Shown: positions 1 to 13,259 of the stretch, in pieces
How positions within the stretch are numbered: the stretch's first letter is position 1
Layout of the letters: the number at the start of each line of letters is the position of its first letter
Assembly (NCBI RefSeq): GCF_963921235.1
Contig: NC_086108.1
Location: 94,738,001-94,802,000, forward strand
Source: Mobula hypostoma
Lineage: Eukaryota
Reading direction: 5' to 3'
DNA: 64,000 bases
The notes under the pieces: generated by a model
The model's input: the letters and a program-made list of their open reading frames with translations, nothing else
Told to the model about the DNA's origin: nothing
Databases searched by the model: none
Program-made: the position numbers and the translations under genes

Positions 1-240
1 GTAAGTTTTAAAATATAGGATAAAAGTCTGGGTGAAATTAAAAGAAGCTTGAGAAAAAGAGCCCAGTGAACTTTAAAGGAATGCAGGAAACAGAGTTCCT
101 GTGAGTTTATATAAGCAGCAACAGGATTAAAGTAACTCCACTGGGGTAAGTAAAACAGTAAGTAATCTTATAGCAATAATATGTAATAGTATTTATAGTA
201 ATAATATTTTATTCTCTCTCTTGGTTGAGATAATTTAATA

Positions 241-900
241 CACAGGGGTACTTCAGATCTGTGAAATGCATGGCTTGTGCATACAGCAACTCAAGATGCT
301 TCCACCTCCTGGATACTGACAGGCAGAGGAAGTGTTGCACTTGGAACAGCTCCAGCTGTAGGTTTTGGAGATGAGTAACATCTGACATCAATCACAAAAC
401 TGATCATTTCAGGGAGTGGCACCTTGCAGCTAACAAGAGTGCAGGAAAAGGGAATTGACGACTGTCAAACAGACAAAAATGATCAAGCTAGTAGGTATTT
501 ATCTCCCTGAGCAACACTCAATCTCAAAACTGCTGGGGGAAATGCACACAGACAAGGAAGCCAGAGCCAAGACCAAAATACAATGGGTGGCTCATCTCTA
601 CATGGGGATGAAGGGAGTAGAGAGAAGGGAAAAGAGAGGACAACAGACAGCATTTCTGTAGTTTTAGAAAAATCCTGTAGAGGAACAGCAAACAGCCAGA
701 GGTTGTAGCCCACACCAGTATTAATAACAAAAAAAGGGAATAAGGCTCAGAAGGCACACTTTAAGGAGTAAGGAGAGAGATCTCAAAAGCAGAAATCTCC
801 AGATTATTCATTGTGTCATGATGCAGTGAGTATTGAAATGGGAGGAGAAATATAACTATATCCATTGAGGTTATTTCCTGTTTGGAGGCATGTATGCAGT
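241..900 (+). mobile_element. Highly degraded CR1-type LINE ORF1 remnant (Cys-rich N-terminus plus SGNH-esterase-like part)
   Basis: Fragments resemble CR1 ORF1 segments (VVAHTSINN ~ VVHIGTND; LKSR.SR); similar to the better copy at 53730-54150. Many stops. Confidence 0.4.
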
Positions 901-951
901 AAATTGCCAGACTTAACCAAGCTCAAAATCAGATTTATTGACACTGACATA

Positions 952-2345
952 CAGTATTGTGTAAAAGTCTGTCTTAGACACCCTAGATTTTTAAAATAAA
1001 TTTTGTTTTAGATGTTTATTTTTTTGTCTTTGCATTAGTATGCAAGTACATAAGAGCAAATTTTAGATTTCCAAACATTCATTTTCCAAAAAATTAAATG
1101 TTAGACAAATTTTTGTATTTCATTAAAGAAAGCACCATATTAAGTAATAGACCACTTTTTAAATTAAAAACTTGATTACTTTGTAGCCCAGTGCATGATT
1201 AAATGAAGATAACAAACAGGTGCTAATGATCAATGACAATGAGTTGAATGAACTAAACTGATTAACTGAAACAGAAACAATCGGAAATAGAAGGAATTAA
1301 GCTAGACGAAGGACAACCAAATGAAAAGGTGAGGGTGTGGCAGATGTAACAGTTTAACCTTCAAATCATCAATTCTTACACCATAACAAGAATGAGCATA
1401 GCGACAAGACACAAGGTGGACATCCTGCATCAACAAGGTCTTTCCCAAGTAGAAATTTCACAGCAGACAGGAGTTTCCAGATGTGCTGTCTCAGCTCTTC
1501 TGAAGAAGCACAAAGAAATGGGCAAGGTTGAGGACCACCAGAAACGCAGTGGTCTGCCACAGAAACTGAATACAGCAGATAAGAGATACATTAAACTGAT
1601 GTCCTTTCTACATTGGATGAAGTCCAGGACTGCTGTCAGCTCTGAACTCACAGAAACAACTGGAACCCAAGAACAACCCTCTACAGGAGTAGTCTTCAAC
1701 AGAAGAATCAACAACAGAAGAGTTGTTGCTAAAAATCCATTCCTCCGAATGGGAAAGAAAGCCAAGAGACTTACCCAAGCATAAAAAACAGAAGGAATGG
1801 TGTGCTGAATGATGGCAGCAAGTGTTCTGGACTGATGAGTCAAAATTTGAAATTTTTGGCTCAAACAGGAGGCAGTCTGCCTGAAAAAGAACTAGAGAGT
1901 GCTACATGGATGAGTGTCTGCAGCCAAGAGTGAAGCATAGCAGACGATTTATGCATGTTTGGGGATGCATTTCTGCAAATGGACCTGGTGATCTGGTCAG
2001 AATTAATAGAATCCTTAGTACTGAGAAATACAAGCAGATTCTCAACCATCACGCAATACCATCAGGGAGGTGTCGAGGTGTCTGATCTTCATCCTGCTGC
2101 AGGACAATGACACCAAACACATGGCCAAGGTTATAAAGAGCTATTTCAACAAAAAGAACAAGGAATTCTGCAATAGATGATATGGCTTCCACAGAGCCCT
2201 GATCTCAAAATCATCAGGGCTGTCTGGGATTACCTGGAAAGACAGAAGCAAGCAAGGCAGCCAAAATCTGCAAAGAACTGTGGCAAGTTCTCCAAAATGC
2301 TTGGAACAACCTACCAGCTGATTTTCTTATAAAACCGCATGACGC
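952..2345 (+). mobile_element. Tc1/mariner DNA transposon, defective transposase, 3' end truncated
   Basis: TA|CAGTATTGTGTAAAAGT terminus at 952. ORF 1392-1784 is a paired-like HTH (LSQVEISQQTGVSRCAVSALLKKHKEMG). Downstream broken frames give WTDESKFEIFGS, LQQDNDTKH and WLPQSPDL catalytic motifs. Confidence 0.85.
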
Positions 2346-2349
2346 CACT

Positions 2350-2850
2350 TAACCAGCCAACCAATTTTGCTCCTGTACATCTCTTAGTCGCTATCTGAGA
2401 CTCTGTCTTGTAAGCGGTATCATCGGAAAATTTATGGATGGCATTTGTGCTGTGCCTAGCTATACAATCGTAAGTGTAGAGAAAGTGGAGCAGCAGGCAC
2501 ACAAACATCCCGGAGGTACGCCTGTGTTGACTGTCAGCGAGGAGGGGATGTTATCATCAATCTATACTGGCTGTAGCCTCCTGATACGGAAGTCATGAAT
2601 GCAGTTGCAGAAGGAAATACTGAGGCCTAAGTTTTGAAGCTTGTTAATTAGTACTGAGGGATAATGGTGCTGAATGTTGAGCTGTAATCGATATACTATG
2701 GCCTGACGAGGTATTGCTGTTGTCCAGGTGCAGTTTTACCCACTTGGAGGATGTTCTAATGTCAGCCTTTGAGACAGATCACTGGGTCACCAGATACTGT
2801 AGGGATTTCCACAGTGTAGTTTTATTCTCCCTTTCAAAGCATGCATAACA
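2350..2850 (-). mobile_element. Rex1/Babar-type LINE RT fragment
   Basis: LYTYDCIARHSTNAIHKFSDDT and DYSSTFSTIIP-like RT motifs on the minus strand. Confidence 0.7.
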
Positions 2851-3523
2851 AAAAACATTTGCTTTTTATTAATGATTTAATCTTGGTTATAGTGACTATA
2901 ATTTCCGAATGATAAAAATCTTGGAGGTGAGACGAGTTGTGTGGAGGATAGAGTTAGGAGTTTAAGAAGATGGATAGGGCTGTTGGAATGGGTGGCAGAT
3001 AGAATTTAATGCCAAGAAACTTTTCCATAAAGAATGAGAAGAAGCTATATAAACTACAGGACATCATTTCAAGTGGATCATAAATACAGTGAGATCTGGG
3101 GGCAAAAGTGCATGGTTTGCTGGAAAGAGTAAGTAACAAAGTGGCTAAATGGATTTCTTATAAAGATAGGAAGCAGACTCAAAGCCAAAGTTGAGTTTAT
3201 TGTTATTTGTGAAAGTGATAAAAGTGGTTATAATGTTGCTGAACAACAGTGCTTAGTCTTTTATTGGTTGATTCAAGGACGAAATGGTTAAAGAGTTCAA
3301 ACATTCAAAATCATACCTAAAAACGAGCAGTTCTTAAACAGCGGAATAATTGTATTGTTCTGTCAAAGGATGGCAAAAACACAACACAGAAAAGTCCTCC
3401 TCCATTACATGATTTTGTACGTTAACAATTTTCAAACATTTAGTGATGCAGTAGTATATTATTCTGATTCTGCACTGACATTACTTATTAAAATGCTGAC
3501 TTTACTTATTCAAGTCTTATCAC

Positions 3524-4141
3524 TTAAAACATAACTATGCTTAGAAGCTGTAATGAAACCAATTGGAAATGCAATACAACACTAACCGTATTTGGAATCA
3601 GAAGCTTTCCTGCTGAACATCCTTCTAATCTTGATTTAACATATTCACTAGACAATCCAGGTGACTTGTCAGTGGGATAGCCCAGCTTTGTATTATATTG
3701 CTCCATGGCAATAAAATCATTGGACATTGCACTTAACATTTCCAAGTTACTCTTGCTAGCCAGGTTAGTGAGTTTCAAATTTTCTTCAGTTTCTGCTTTT
3801 GGAGAGCTAGAGAGTAAAGCAGCACCCTCATTGGAAATATCCTTAATTTCTTGTAAGCTGATGTGTCTGGGGTTGAAAGACTGTTCAAGACCTTCTCGAA
3901 TCCTGTTAGAGTAATGCATGGAATTTAATGCTGAACCAATATCAATCCCATACATATCATTAACACTAAAAGATATATTCATGTTTTCCGCAAAAGGGTA
4001 GAAGCTCCTTGCTTTCACTGTGAAGTCTTTTCTATTCTCAGCTTCATTTTGAAGGTGCAGCATGGGAGAAGGTGCCTGCTGTTTTCCCTTTGCTCTTTCA
4101 AATCCAGAAATTTTCACTTGCAGCCTTGTTACTTCAGATTC
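3524..4141 (-). CDS. CCDC18: CCDC18 large C-terminal exon (ESEVTRLQVKISGFERAKG...); ends at stop 3524 or at a possible donor at 3587
   Basis: Acceptor ttgtag|GAATCT, phase 0, in frame with ORF 3524-4117. Start matches the recalled human CCDC18 segment ESELTRLQAKISGHEKA. 3' end uncertain (acg|gttagt at 3587). Confidence 0.75.
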   Translation of the reverse strand, partial: ESEVTRLQVKISGFERAKGKQQAPSPMLHLQNEAENRKDFTVKARSFYPFAENMNISFSVNDMYGIDIGSALNSMHYSNRIREGLEQSFNPRHISLQEIKDISNEGAALLSSSPKAETEENLKLTNLASKSNLEMLSAMSNDFIAMEQYNTKLGYPTDKSPGLSSEYVKSRLEGCSAGKLLIPNTVSVVLHFQLVSLQLLSIVMF

Positions 4142-4261
4142 CTACAATTAGAAATGGAAAACACCATATGACAACAATGTCTTTATGAAACTGCTTATCC
4201 ATGCTTCCCATTCTGATTCACATCATACAAATTCTGCTGTGGTAAACTTGTAGTGAAAAAC

Positions 4262-4553
4262 CGGATGCCATGGTAGTGTAGCAGTTAGTGCCACGCTATT
4301 ACAGCTTGGACACCAGGGTGCAGAGTTCAATTCCGACATCACGTGTAAGGAATCTGTACGTCCTCCCAGTGGAATGCGTGGGTTTTCTCTGGGTCCTCCA
4401 GTTTCCTCCCACAGTCCAAAGACATACCAGTGAGTAGGTTAATTGGTCACTGTAAATTGTCCTGTGATTAGGCTAGGGTTAAATTGGGGGCTGCTAGGTG
4501 GTGCAGCTCAAAGGGCCAATTCCACACTGAATCTCTAAATAAAATAAAAATAA
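4262..4553 (+). mobile_element. tRNA-derived V-SINE/HE1-like SINE
   Basis: A/B-box-like head (GGTAGTGTAGCAGTTAG...GAGTTCAATTCC), V-domain core TTTCCTCCCACAGTCCAAAGAC, A-rich tail. Confidence 0.75.
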
Positions 4554-4849
4554 AATTTGAAATACTATATAATTTAAGTCTCAATTAAAGATTAATAAAG
4601 AAATCTGTATTCTGTGCTAGAAAGTTCAAAACTTATATTACAACTTTAAATGTAAGTACATTTGTTATGTTTAAAGAAATATGCAGAGCAAATGAAACAA
4701 ATTAATTTCGAAGGGATAGGGTTTCTTACAGTTGTCAGGCTAAAGAAAAAATCATGTGAGTTCTGAAACATGCTATTTCAAAACAGAAATAATTGTGGAA
4801 GATGCAGAAACCATATCACCATGTTTAACAACTTCGATGTCTCACAATC

Positions 4850-7800
4850 CTGTGGACAGTGTTAGAAACTGCAGGGTTAAAAAGACCCTGATGGGAGTTA
4901 TATACTATCTCCAAATAGTAGCCAGGATGTGGGGTACAAACTACAACAGGTGCTAGAAAAAACATTTTAGAAAGGTAATGCTATAGTGGTAATGGGGGCT
5001 TTCAATATGCAATTAGACTGAAAAAATCATGTTGCCACAGGATCCCAAGAGACGGAAGTTGTAGGATGATTTGTAGAATGCCTACAAGATAGCTTTTTAG
5101 AGCAGTTTGTAGTTGAACCCACTAGGGAAAAGGCAATTATGGATTGGATGTTGCGTAACGAACCATATTTTATTAGAAAACCTTAGAACGTGATCATAAC
5201 ATGACAGAATTCACCCTGCTGTTTGAGGAAAAAGTTAAAATTGGATGTATTAGTATTACAGTTGAGTAAAGGCAATTATAGAGGCATGAGAGGGGAGCTA
5301 GCCAAATTTGATTGGAAGAGGATCCTAGTAGTGATAAAGGTACAGCTGCAATGGCAGGGGATCCTGGAAGCAATTCAGAAGACACAGGATCATTTCATCC
5401 CAAAGAAAAAGATGCATTCTAACTGGAGGAAGAGGCAAGTGTGGCTGACAAGGGAAATCAAGGACAAAAACAAAAGAGAAGGCTTACAATATTACCAAAA
5501 AAAAAATTGGGATGCTAGAGGATTGAGAATTTTTTTTTAAAGAAGGCAACTAAACAGCAAAAAGAGGAGAAAAGACAAAATAAGAAGTAAAGATGATACC
5601 AAAAGCTATTCAGATATGTAAAGAACAGAAGAGAGACAAGAGTGGACACTGGAAACTGACACTAGAGAAGTAGTAATGGTGAAGGATGAATTGAATAAAT
5701 TTTTGTGTCCGTCTTCATTGTGGAATACACCAGCAATATGCCAGAAAATTGAGAGTTGGGGCAGAAGTGAATGTAGTCATTATTACTAAGAAGGTGCCCG
5801 AGAACCACAAAGATCTGAAATGTGGATAAGTCACTGGAGAAGGTAGCTGAAGAGATTATGGAGGCAACAGTGATGATCTTTCATGAATCACTAAAGTCAG
5901 GAATGCTGGTAGAGGACCAGAAAAAATCCAAAAGTCACCTCATTCTTTAAGAAAGTGAAGCAAAAGACTGAAAATTATTGTTCCGGTACCTAAAAAGACC
6001 AAGGTAACATCTCTGAACGACTTGCGTCCTGTCACACTCACCTCAATAATAAGCAGGTGCTTTGAGAGGCTGGTCAAGGACTACATCTGCAGCTTGCTAC
6101 CACCCACACTGAACTCCTACAATTCGCCTACCGGCACAACCGATTGACAGAGCATGCCATAACCACAGCTCTACACTCCGTCCTTACACACCTGGAGAGG
6201 AGGGATGCTTATGTAAGAATGCTGTTCTTGGACTACAGTTCAGCATTCAACACCATAATTCCCTCCAGGCTCGACAAGAAGCTGAGAGACCTCGACCTTC
6301 ATCCTGCCTTGTGTAGCTGGATCCGCGACTTCCTGTCAGATCGCTGGTTGGTGGTAAGAGTGGGCTCCCTCACCTCTGCCCCTCTGACCCTCAACACAGG
6401 TGCCCCTTAGGGCTGTATACTAAGCCCCCTCCTTTACTCTCTGTATACCCATGAAACTGTGTGAACACAGCTCCAATCTGCTAACTAAATTTGCTGATGA
6501 CACTATACTGATTGGCCTTATCTCAAATAATAATGAGGCAGCCTACAGAGAAGTCATCACCCTGACACAGTGGTGTCAAGAAAGCAACCTCTCCCTCAAT
6601 GTTGCAAAAACAAAGTAGCTGGTTGTGGACTACAGGAGGAATGGAGACAGGCTAACCCCTATTGACATCAATGGATCTGGGGTTGAGAGGGTGAAGAGCT
6701 TTAAGTTCCTCGGCATAAATATCACTGAGGATCTCGTGGTCTGTACTCACCAGCTGTGTGGTGAAAAAGGCACAACAGTGCCTCTTTCACCTCAGATGAA
6801 GTTTCGTATGGGCCCCCAGATCCTAAGAACTTTCTACAGTGCCACAACTGAGAGCATCCTAACTGGCTGCATCACTGCCTGGTATGGGAACTGTACTTCC
6901 CTCAATTGCAGGTCTCTGCAGAGAGTGGTGCGGACAGCCTAGCTCATCTGTAGATGTGAATTTTCCCACTATTCAGGACATTTACAGAGGCAGGTGTGTA
7001 AAAAGTACCTGAAGGATCATTGGGGACCCAAGTCAGCCCAACCACCAACTGTTCCAACTGCTACCATCTGGGAAACGTTTCCACAGCATAAAAGCCAGGA
7101 CCAACAGACTCCAGGACAGCTTCTTCCACCAGGCCATCAGACCACTTAATTCATGCTGACGCAACTGTATTTCTATGTTATATGACCATCCTTTTGTACA
7201 TAATATTTATTATAAATTACTATACATTGCACATTTAGATGGAGACGTAACAAAGAATTTTACTCCTCATGTATATGAAGGATGTAAGTAATAAGGTCAA
7301 TTCAATTAGCCCAACTTTAGTGGCTTTGGAATCCATTATGGATGAACTTTCAGGGTACTTGGAAACACATGACAATAAGCCAAGAAGCTCTTGCCTGACC
7401 AATCTGTTATTCTTTGAGGAAGTAGCAAGCAGGATAGACAAAGGAGAATCAGTGGTTGTTACTTACATGGATTTTCAGGCCTTTGACAAAATGCCACACA
7501 TGAAGCTGCTAAACAAGACAGGATTGTATAGTATTACAGGAAGAGTACTGGCATGGATAGAAGACTGGCTGACTGGCAGAAGACAGAATGGGAATAAAGG
7601 GGGCCTTTTCTGCTTGGCTGCTGGTGACTAGTGGTGTTCCATTCAGTTTGGTGTTGGGTCCACTATTTTTCACATTATACGTTAATGATCTGAATGATAA
7701 AAAAATCAATGGTTTTCAGATGATGCAAATATATGTGAAGTGAGAACAAGTTGGGATAATGGGCAAAGATGTAGCAGATGGAATACAGCATCAGAAAGTG

Positions 7801-8562
7801 TATGATCATGAACTTTGGTAGAAGGAATAAAGCCATAGACTATTTTCTAAATGGGAGGGAGAATTCAGAAATCAGAGGTGCAAAAAGTGATTTGGAATGC
7901 TAGTGCAGGGTTCACTGAAGGTTAATTTGCAGGTTGAGTTGGTAGTAAGGAAGACATATGCAATGTTAGTATTTATTTCCAGAGGACCAGAATATAAAAG
8001 CACGGATGTAACATTGAGGCTTTTTAAGGCCTATAAAGTCTCAGACTATATCTGGAGTATTGTGAGCCGTTTAGGGCTCCATAGCTAAAAACAATGTGCT
8101 GATGTTGGAGAGAATCCAGAGAAGGTTTACAAGAATGATTCCAGAGATTATTAACATGAAGAGTGTTTGATGTTTTGGGGCTGTAGCTTCGAAGCTGGAG
8201 TTTTGAAGAATGAGGGGGAAATCTCACTGAAAACTAACAAATATTAAAAGGCTGTGACAGAGTGGAGAGGAAGTTTCCAATAGTGTGAGTGTCTAGGACC
8301 TGAGGGCACAATCTCAGAACAGAATGACATCCCTTTAGGAAAATGATGAGGAGGAATTTCTTTAACCAGAGGGCAATGAATCTGTGAAATTCATTGGCAA
8401 TATCAGCTATGGAGGTTAAATTATTTGATATTTTTAAAGCAAATGTTGATAGATTTTTGATTAGTAAGGGCATCAAAGAAGGCAGGAGAAAGGGGTTAAG
8501 GGACTAAGGGGTCAATGGACTTGTTAGGCTGAATAGCCTAATTCTTCTCCTATATCTTATTG
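4850..8562 (+). mobile_element. Degraded CR1 LINE ORF2 (EN-RT-3' tail), interrupted by a Rex1 insertion
   Basis: SCLTNLLFFEEVASRIDKGESVVVTYMDFQAFDKMPH and CR1 3' end motifs; the GNYRPVSL region is split at about 5980/7306. Confidence 0.8.
5980..7306 (+). mobile_element. 5'-truncated Rex1/Babar-type LINE nested in CR1
   Basis: YVRMLFLDYSSAFNTIIP, TGAP*GC, KFADDT and VERVKSFKFLGINI motifs; 3' tail caattcaatt. Confidence 0.85.
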
Positions 8563-8932
8563 TCAAACCTAGCCTTATCCACCTTCATGCCACTCTAATT
8601 TATTATTCTTGTTTCTTTCAGATCTTGCTTTCTATCTGATCATTTCAGATTAATTTCATTCTGCACATTTTTGAATTTTTGATGTCCTATTTCCTGGAAT
8701 TCCCTCTCTACACTATTTTACTTTATTGTGCCACATCCCCAACTCTAGTTCTTCATATCCTTCAATACATGTTCAAAACCCATTTCTTTTCAACTCTTCC
8801 CTTTTCTGTTTTTGTTTCTGATTTTGATTTTGTAAAGTGCCTTGACAAATCTTTGGTATTATGGGCACTGTATCAATACTGTTGTCAAAAGATAAACCTT
8901 TGTTCAATACCTCAACCAAAAGAAAAACCTAC

Positions 8933-9130
8933 CTTAATTATGAGAGCCTCTTGAGTAGCATTTATCACCTCCCTTTGAAACTGGAGCTCTGACTCAAGTT
9001 GTAGGATTGTTTCTTGGCTTTTTTCCAGCTCCTGCTTCAATTGTAGCAGCTGTTCATTTGAGTTATGGATAGCAGAGTTCTCCTCAGTAGATGCTATTAA
9101 CTGCGGTATGCTTTCTTTCAGCACTTTGAC
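8933..9130 (-). CDS. CCDC18: CCDC18 exon (VKVLKESIPQ...QEALIIK, 198 nt)
   Basis: cacag|GTC ... AAG|gtaggt, phase 0/0; similar to recalled human EVIEAANEALLTK. Confidence 0.9.
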
Positions 9131-10019
9131 CTGTGACAAAATAAAAATGCACTTTTAAAGATTCGTATCTGAGTGTTAGAATCTGTCCCATCTCTCCACA
9201 GAAAAGATGCAAATCCATATCAAATAGATTGGAAGGAAGTCTTGTAAAATCATCAACAAATATTTCCAGGCATGTTGAAATATAGCTTTGCTACAACCAG
9301 ATTTAATGATTTTCATATGATAAAAATTATTTAAACATATGGTCTTGTTTATGAAGTAACAGAAAGGTGGACATTTGAGAATTACCCACCTCAGTCATAA
9401 ACATGGAATAGCTAATCTCAACTAGGACAGTGGCAAATGTTCAATGATTAATTCCTCCACGTCCAGGGTTAAGAAAAAGAAACAGCACAGACTCAACTAG
9501 GCTTTCTATTCCCATTCACTGTCCAGCAATCTTACAGAGTATATCAGGATAAGGCAGGATCTGGCCACACATTGGTATAACCCAAGATCAATAGGCTTCC
9601 ATTAAACACTTTCATATAAATAATGCCCATTTAATAAGATACTAGCAATCATAGATCTGTATTCCAGCAAGGAGCTAATATCTTCAGTTAACTTGACAAT
9701 GGAAAGACACAATATCGACATCAAAAATTGACAGTAGGCAGTATGCAGAGAACATACATTGCTATTGATTGATTAAATAAAAATTGACATATTATTCTCC
9801 ACACTTTTGCAGTCATCATCCTTCCAGTTCAAGATATCCCCTTCAAATATTGTGGATTAGATATACCAGTATTCTCAAAATAGGATTAATTACACTTTCT
9901 CAGGTCTCAGAATCTGCTATTCTTTCAAAGAAACATTATGGTATATTTAATATTAGCCTCATGCTGGAGAGGTGTTTCTCTGTCCGGAGGACTGAGAACA
10001 GTGCTGAGACTTCTATTAG

Positions 10020-10649
10020 ATTAGATTAGATTAGATTATGAGGACACGCAGTCCTCTTTTATTGTCACTTAGTAATACATGCATTAAGAAATGATACAAT
10101 GTTCCTCCAGAATAATATCACAAAACTGATAAAAACCACATAATTATAACATATAGTTACAACAGTGCAAAGCAAAACCGTAATTTGATAAAGAACAGAC
10201 CATGGCACGGTAAAAAAAAGTCTTAGAGTCTCTCGAAAGTCCCATCATCTCACGCAGACAGTAGAAGGAAGAAAAACTCTCCCTGCCATGAGCTTCCAGC
10301 GCTGCAAACTTGACGATGCAGCACCCTGGAAGCACCCGACCTCAGCCGACTCTTGAGTCCGTTCGAAAACTTCGAGCCTCCGACACCGAGCACCATCTCT
10401 GCAGAGCACTTCGACCCCGGCCCCGGCAATAGACAAAGCCGAGGATTTGAGGCCTTCCCCTCTGGAGATTCTTGATTGCACAGTAGCAGCAGCAGCGAAG
10501 CGGGCATTTCAGAAGTTTCTCCAGACGTTCCTCTGTGCTTCTCACGTCTGTCTCCATCAAATCAGGATTGTGTACGGTACCTACTTACAAATACGATATC
10601 ATTTCGGAGCGGTCACAAGCGCTGCGTCGCACCACCATCTTCTCCTCCC
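10020..10649 (-). mobile_element. Short non-autonomous retroelement with GC-rich head and (CTAAT)n tail
   Basis: Minus strand starts GGGAGGAGAAGATGGTGG (LINE 5'UTR-like) and ends in (ATTAG)n on +; ctattag repeated at 10013-10019 and 10650-10656. Confidence 0.55.
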
Positions 10650-10675
10650 CTATTAGCTGTAATATACACAAATTA

Positions 10676-10897
10676 CACACACAAAATGCTGGAGGAACTC
10701 AGCAGCCATGCAGCAAGCATGGAAAAGAGTAAACAGTCGACATTTCAGGCCAAGACACTTCATCGTGAGCAATGAAGGGCCTCAACCCAAAACATCAACT
10801 GTTTACTCTTTTCCATAGATTCTGCCTGGCCTGCTGAGTTCCTCCAGCATTTTGTGTGTGTGTTGCTTAGATTTCCAGCATCCACAGATTTTCTTGT
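10676..10897. mobile_element. Fold-back (palindromic) Penelope-like pLTR remnant
   Basis: cacacaaaatgctggaggaactcagcag...ctgctgagttcctccagcattttgtgtg inverted arms; same family as 33360-33700 and 60652-61225; degenerate hammerhead cores at the centre. Confidence 0.75.
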
Positions 10898-10928
10898 ATA
10901 TATAGTATATAAAGGATATGGACAAATA

Positions 10929-12451
10929 CAGTGCCTGTACTAAGTATTCACCCCCTCCCCCTGGAAGTTTCCATGTTTTACAACATTGAAACACAATGGA
11001 TTTAATTTCACTTTTTGACACTGATCAACAAAAAAAACTCTCATGTCAAAGCGAAAACAGATCTCTACAAAATTATCTATATTAATTACACATAAAATAC
11101 ACAAAATAATTGACTGCATAAGAATTCACTTCTCTTTAATATGACACACCAGTCAAGGTGTTCCAATTGACTGTAGTACAAAAAACATATATCTGAAAGG
11201 TCCATCTGCTTGAGAGTCAGAATCCTGGCAAAAACTACATGTGCATTTTTTTTTCCAACAGTGGGCTTCTCTTTGCCAGTCTCCCATAAAGCCGTGACTG
11301 GTGAAACACCTGAGCAACAGTTGCCGTATGTGCAGTCTCTTCCACCTTAGCCACTGAAGCTTGTAACTCCTCCAGAGTTGTCATAGGTCTCTGGTGGCCT
11401 CTCTCACTGGTACCCTTCTTGCACAGTCACTCAGTTTATCAGGATGGCCTGCTCTAGGCAGACTTACAGCTGTGCCATGTTCTTTCCATTTCTTGATGAT
11501 TGATTTAATTGTACTCCAAGGGATATTCAGTGACTTGGAAATTTTCTTGCATCCATCTCCTGACTTGTGCTTTTCAATAACCTTTATTGTGGAGTTTCTT
11601 GGAGTGTTCTTTTGTCTTCATGGTGTAGTTTGCCAGAACACTGACTCGCCAGCAGTTGAAAGTACCAGATACAGGTGTATTTTTACTACAATCAATTGAT
11701 TGTAGAACAGAACAGAATCAACAAACTCATTCGTAAGGCCAGTGATGTTGTGGGGATGGAACTGGACTCTCTGACGGTGGTGTCTGAAAAGAGGATGCTG
11801 TCCAAGTTGCATGCCATCTTGGACAATGTCTCCCATCCACTACATAATGTACTGGCTGGGCACAGGAGTACATTCAGCCAGAGACTCATTCCACTGAGAT
11901 GCAACACAGAGCGTCATAGGAAGTCATTCCTGCCTGTGGCCATCAAACTTTACAACTCCTCCCTTGGAGGGTCAGACACCCTGAGCCAATAGGCTGGTCC
12001 TGGACTTATTTCCTGGCATAATTTACATATTACTATATTAACTATTTATGGTCTTATTACTATTTATTATTTATGGTGCAACTGTAACAAAAACCAATTT
12101 CCCCTGCAATCAATAAAGTATGACTATGACTACGAAACATCTTGACTGCACACAAGTCTCCAAAAACAGATCTCCATTTAACTAATTATGTGACTTCTAA
12201 AACCAATTGGCTGCACCAGTGATGATATGGTGTGTCATATTAAAGGGGATGAATACTTATGCAATCAATTATTTTGTGTTTTATATTTGTAATTAATTTA
12301 GATTACTTTGTAGAGATCTGTTTTCACTTTGTTGAGTCTTCCTCTGTTGATCAGTCCAAAAAAAGCCAAATTAAATCCACTGTGATTCAATGTTGTAAAA
12401 CAATAAAACATGAAAAATTTCAAGGAAGGTAAATACCATATTTAAGCACAG
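10929..12451 (-). mobile_element. Internally deleted Tc1 element with long (~200 bp) TIRs
   Basis: TA|CAGTGCCTGTACTAAGTATTCACCCC left end; inverted copy of the long TIR at about 12220-12451; transposase N-terminal remnant; same family as 61509-62773. Confidence 0.8.
11699..12132 (+). mobile_element. Rex1/L2-group LINE 3' fragment nested in Tc1
   Basis: HPLH...RCNTERHRKSFLPVAIKLYN C-terminus, AATAAA and (TATGAC)n tail. Confidence 0.8.
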
Positions 12452-13121
12452 TACATCTATTATCATCCAGGTGAGAAATATAACATAAAGGGATATGAAC
12501 ATGGAACATTTGTAGTGCAACACTTAATACCTACTGCTTAAAAAAACTGGGTCAGGAAGGACCCATTTGACTTCTTTGAGAAACAGGAGATTACACTCGT
12601 ACAATGATTATCACCCTTAGTAAAGTGCAGGTGAAGTATCATTTAGCGTGATACAGACTGTGAATACCTATTTACTATTAACGTGTTATCCAGCAACGAA
12701 GGAGATCAGAAGCCAACCAAAAAAAGTATACTGTTAGTGTAACTCCAGTACACTGGGTTAACAATGCCCATATAATCTCTCAGCACCATAACTTGTATCC
12801 GATTGTGTCACCTTGAAAACACTATACGGAGAATAGATATGTTCCAGAGGGAAGACATGAAGGACAGGTTCACAGAAAATCCTTTGCTTGTAAATGGAGA
12901 CAAACAATTGGCAACAAATATCATGGCCATAGTATAGTCCAAGAAAGAAAAATATGATAACGTTATACCTTCATCATATCAAGTTTATACATACTATAGT
13001 CATATCAAATTGTTGCAAAAGCCAACACATATCTATTGCTTTGTTGTATTTTCAACATTAAAGGTTTACCAGCATTTTCAAACAGTTTCCATTATTCTTC
13101 ATTGAATAAATTGAACCCAAC

Positions 13122-13259
13122 CTCTTCTTCGTGAGCATTCATTAAGTGTTCCACAAATTCTTTTAATTTCTTTATCTCTGCCTGCATCTTGAATTCTAAT
13201 TGAGTTTCTCGAGCTTGAGCAGCAGATAAGTCTTCTGCAAGGTGAGCAGCATGCGCTTC
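13122..13259 (-). CDS. CCDC18: CCDC18 exon (EAHAAHLAEDLSAAQARETQLEFKMQAEIKKL...EEE, 138 nt)
   Basis: ctctag|GAA ... GAG|gttggg; matches recalled human HLAEELGAS...RMQAEIKKL. Confidence 0.9.
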
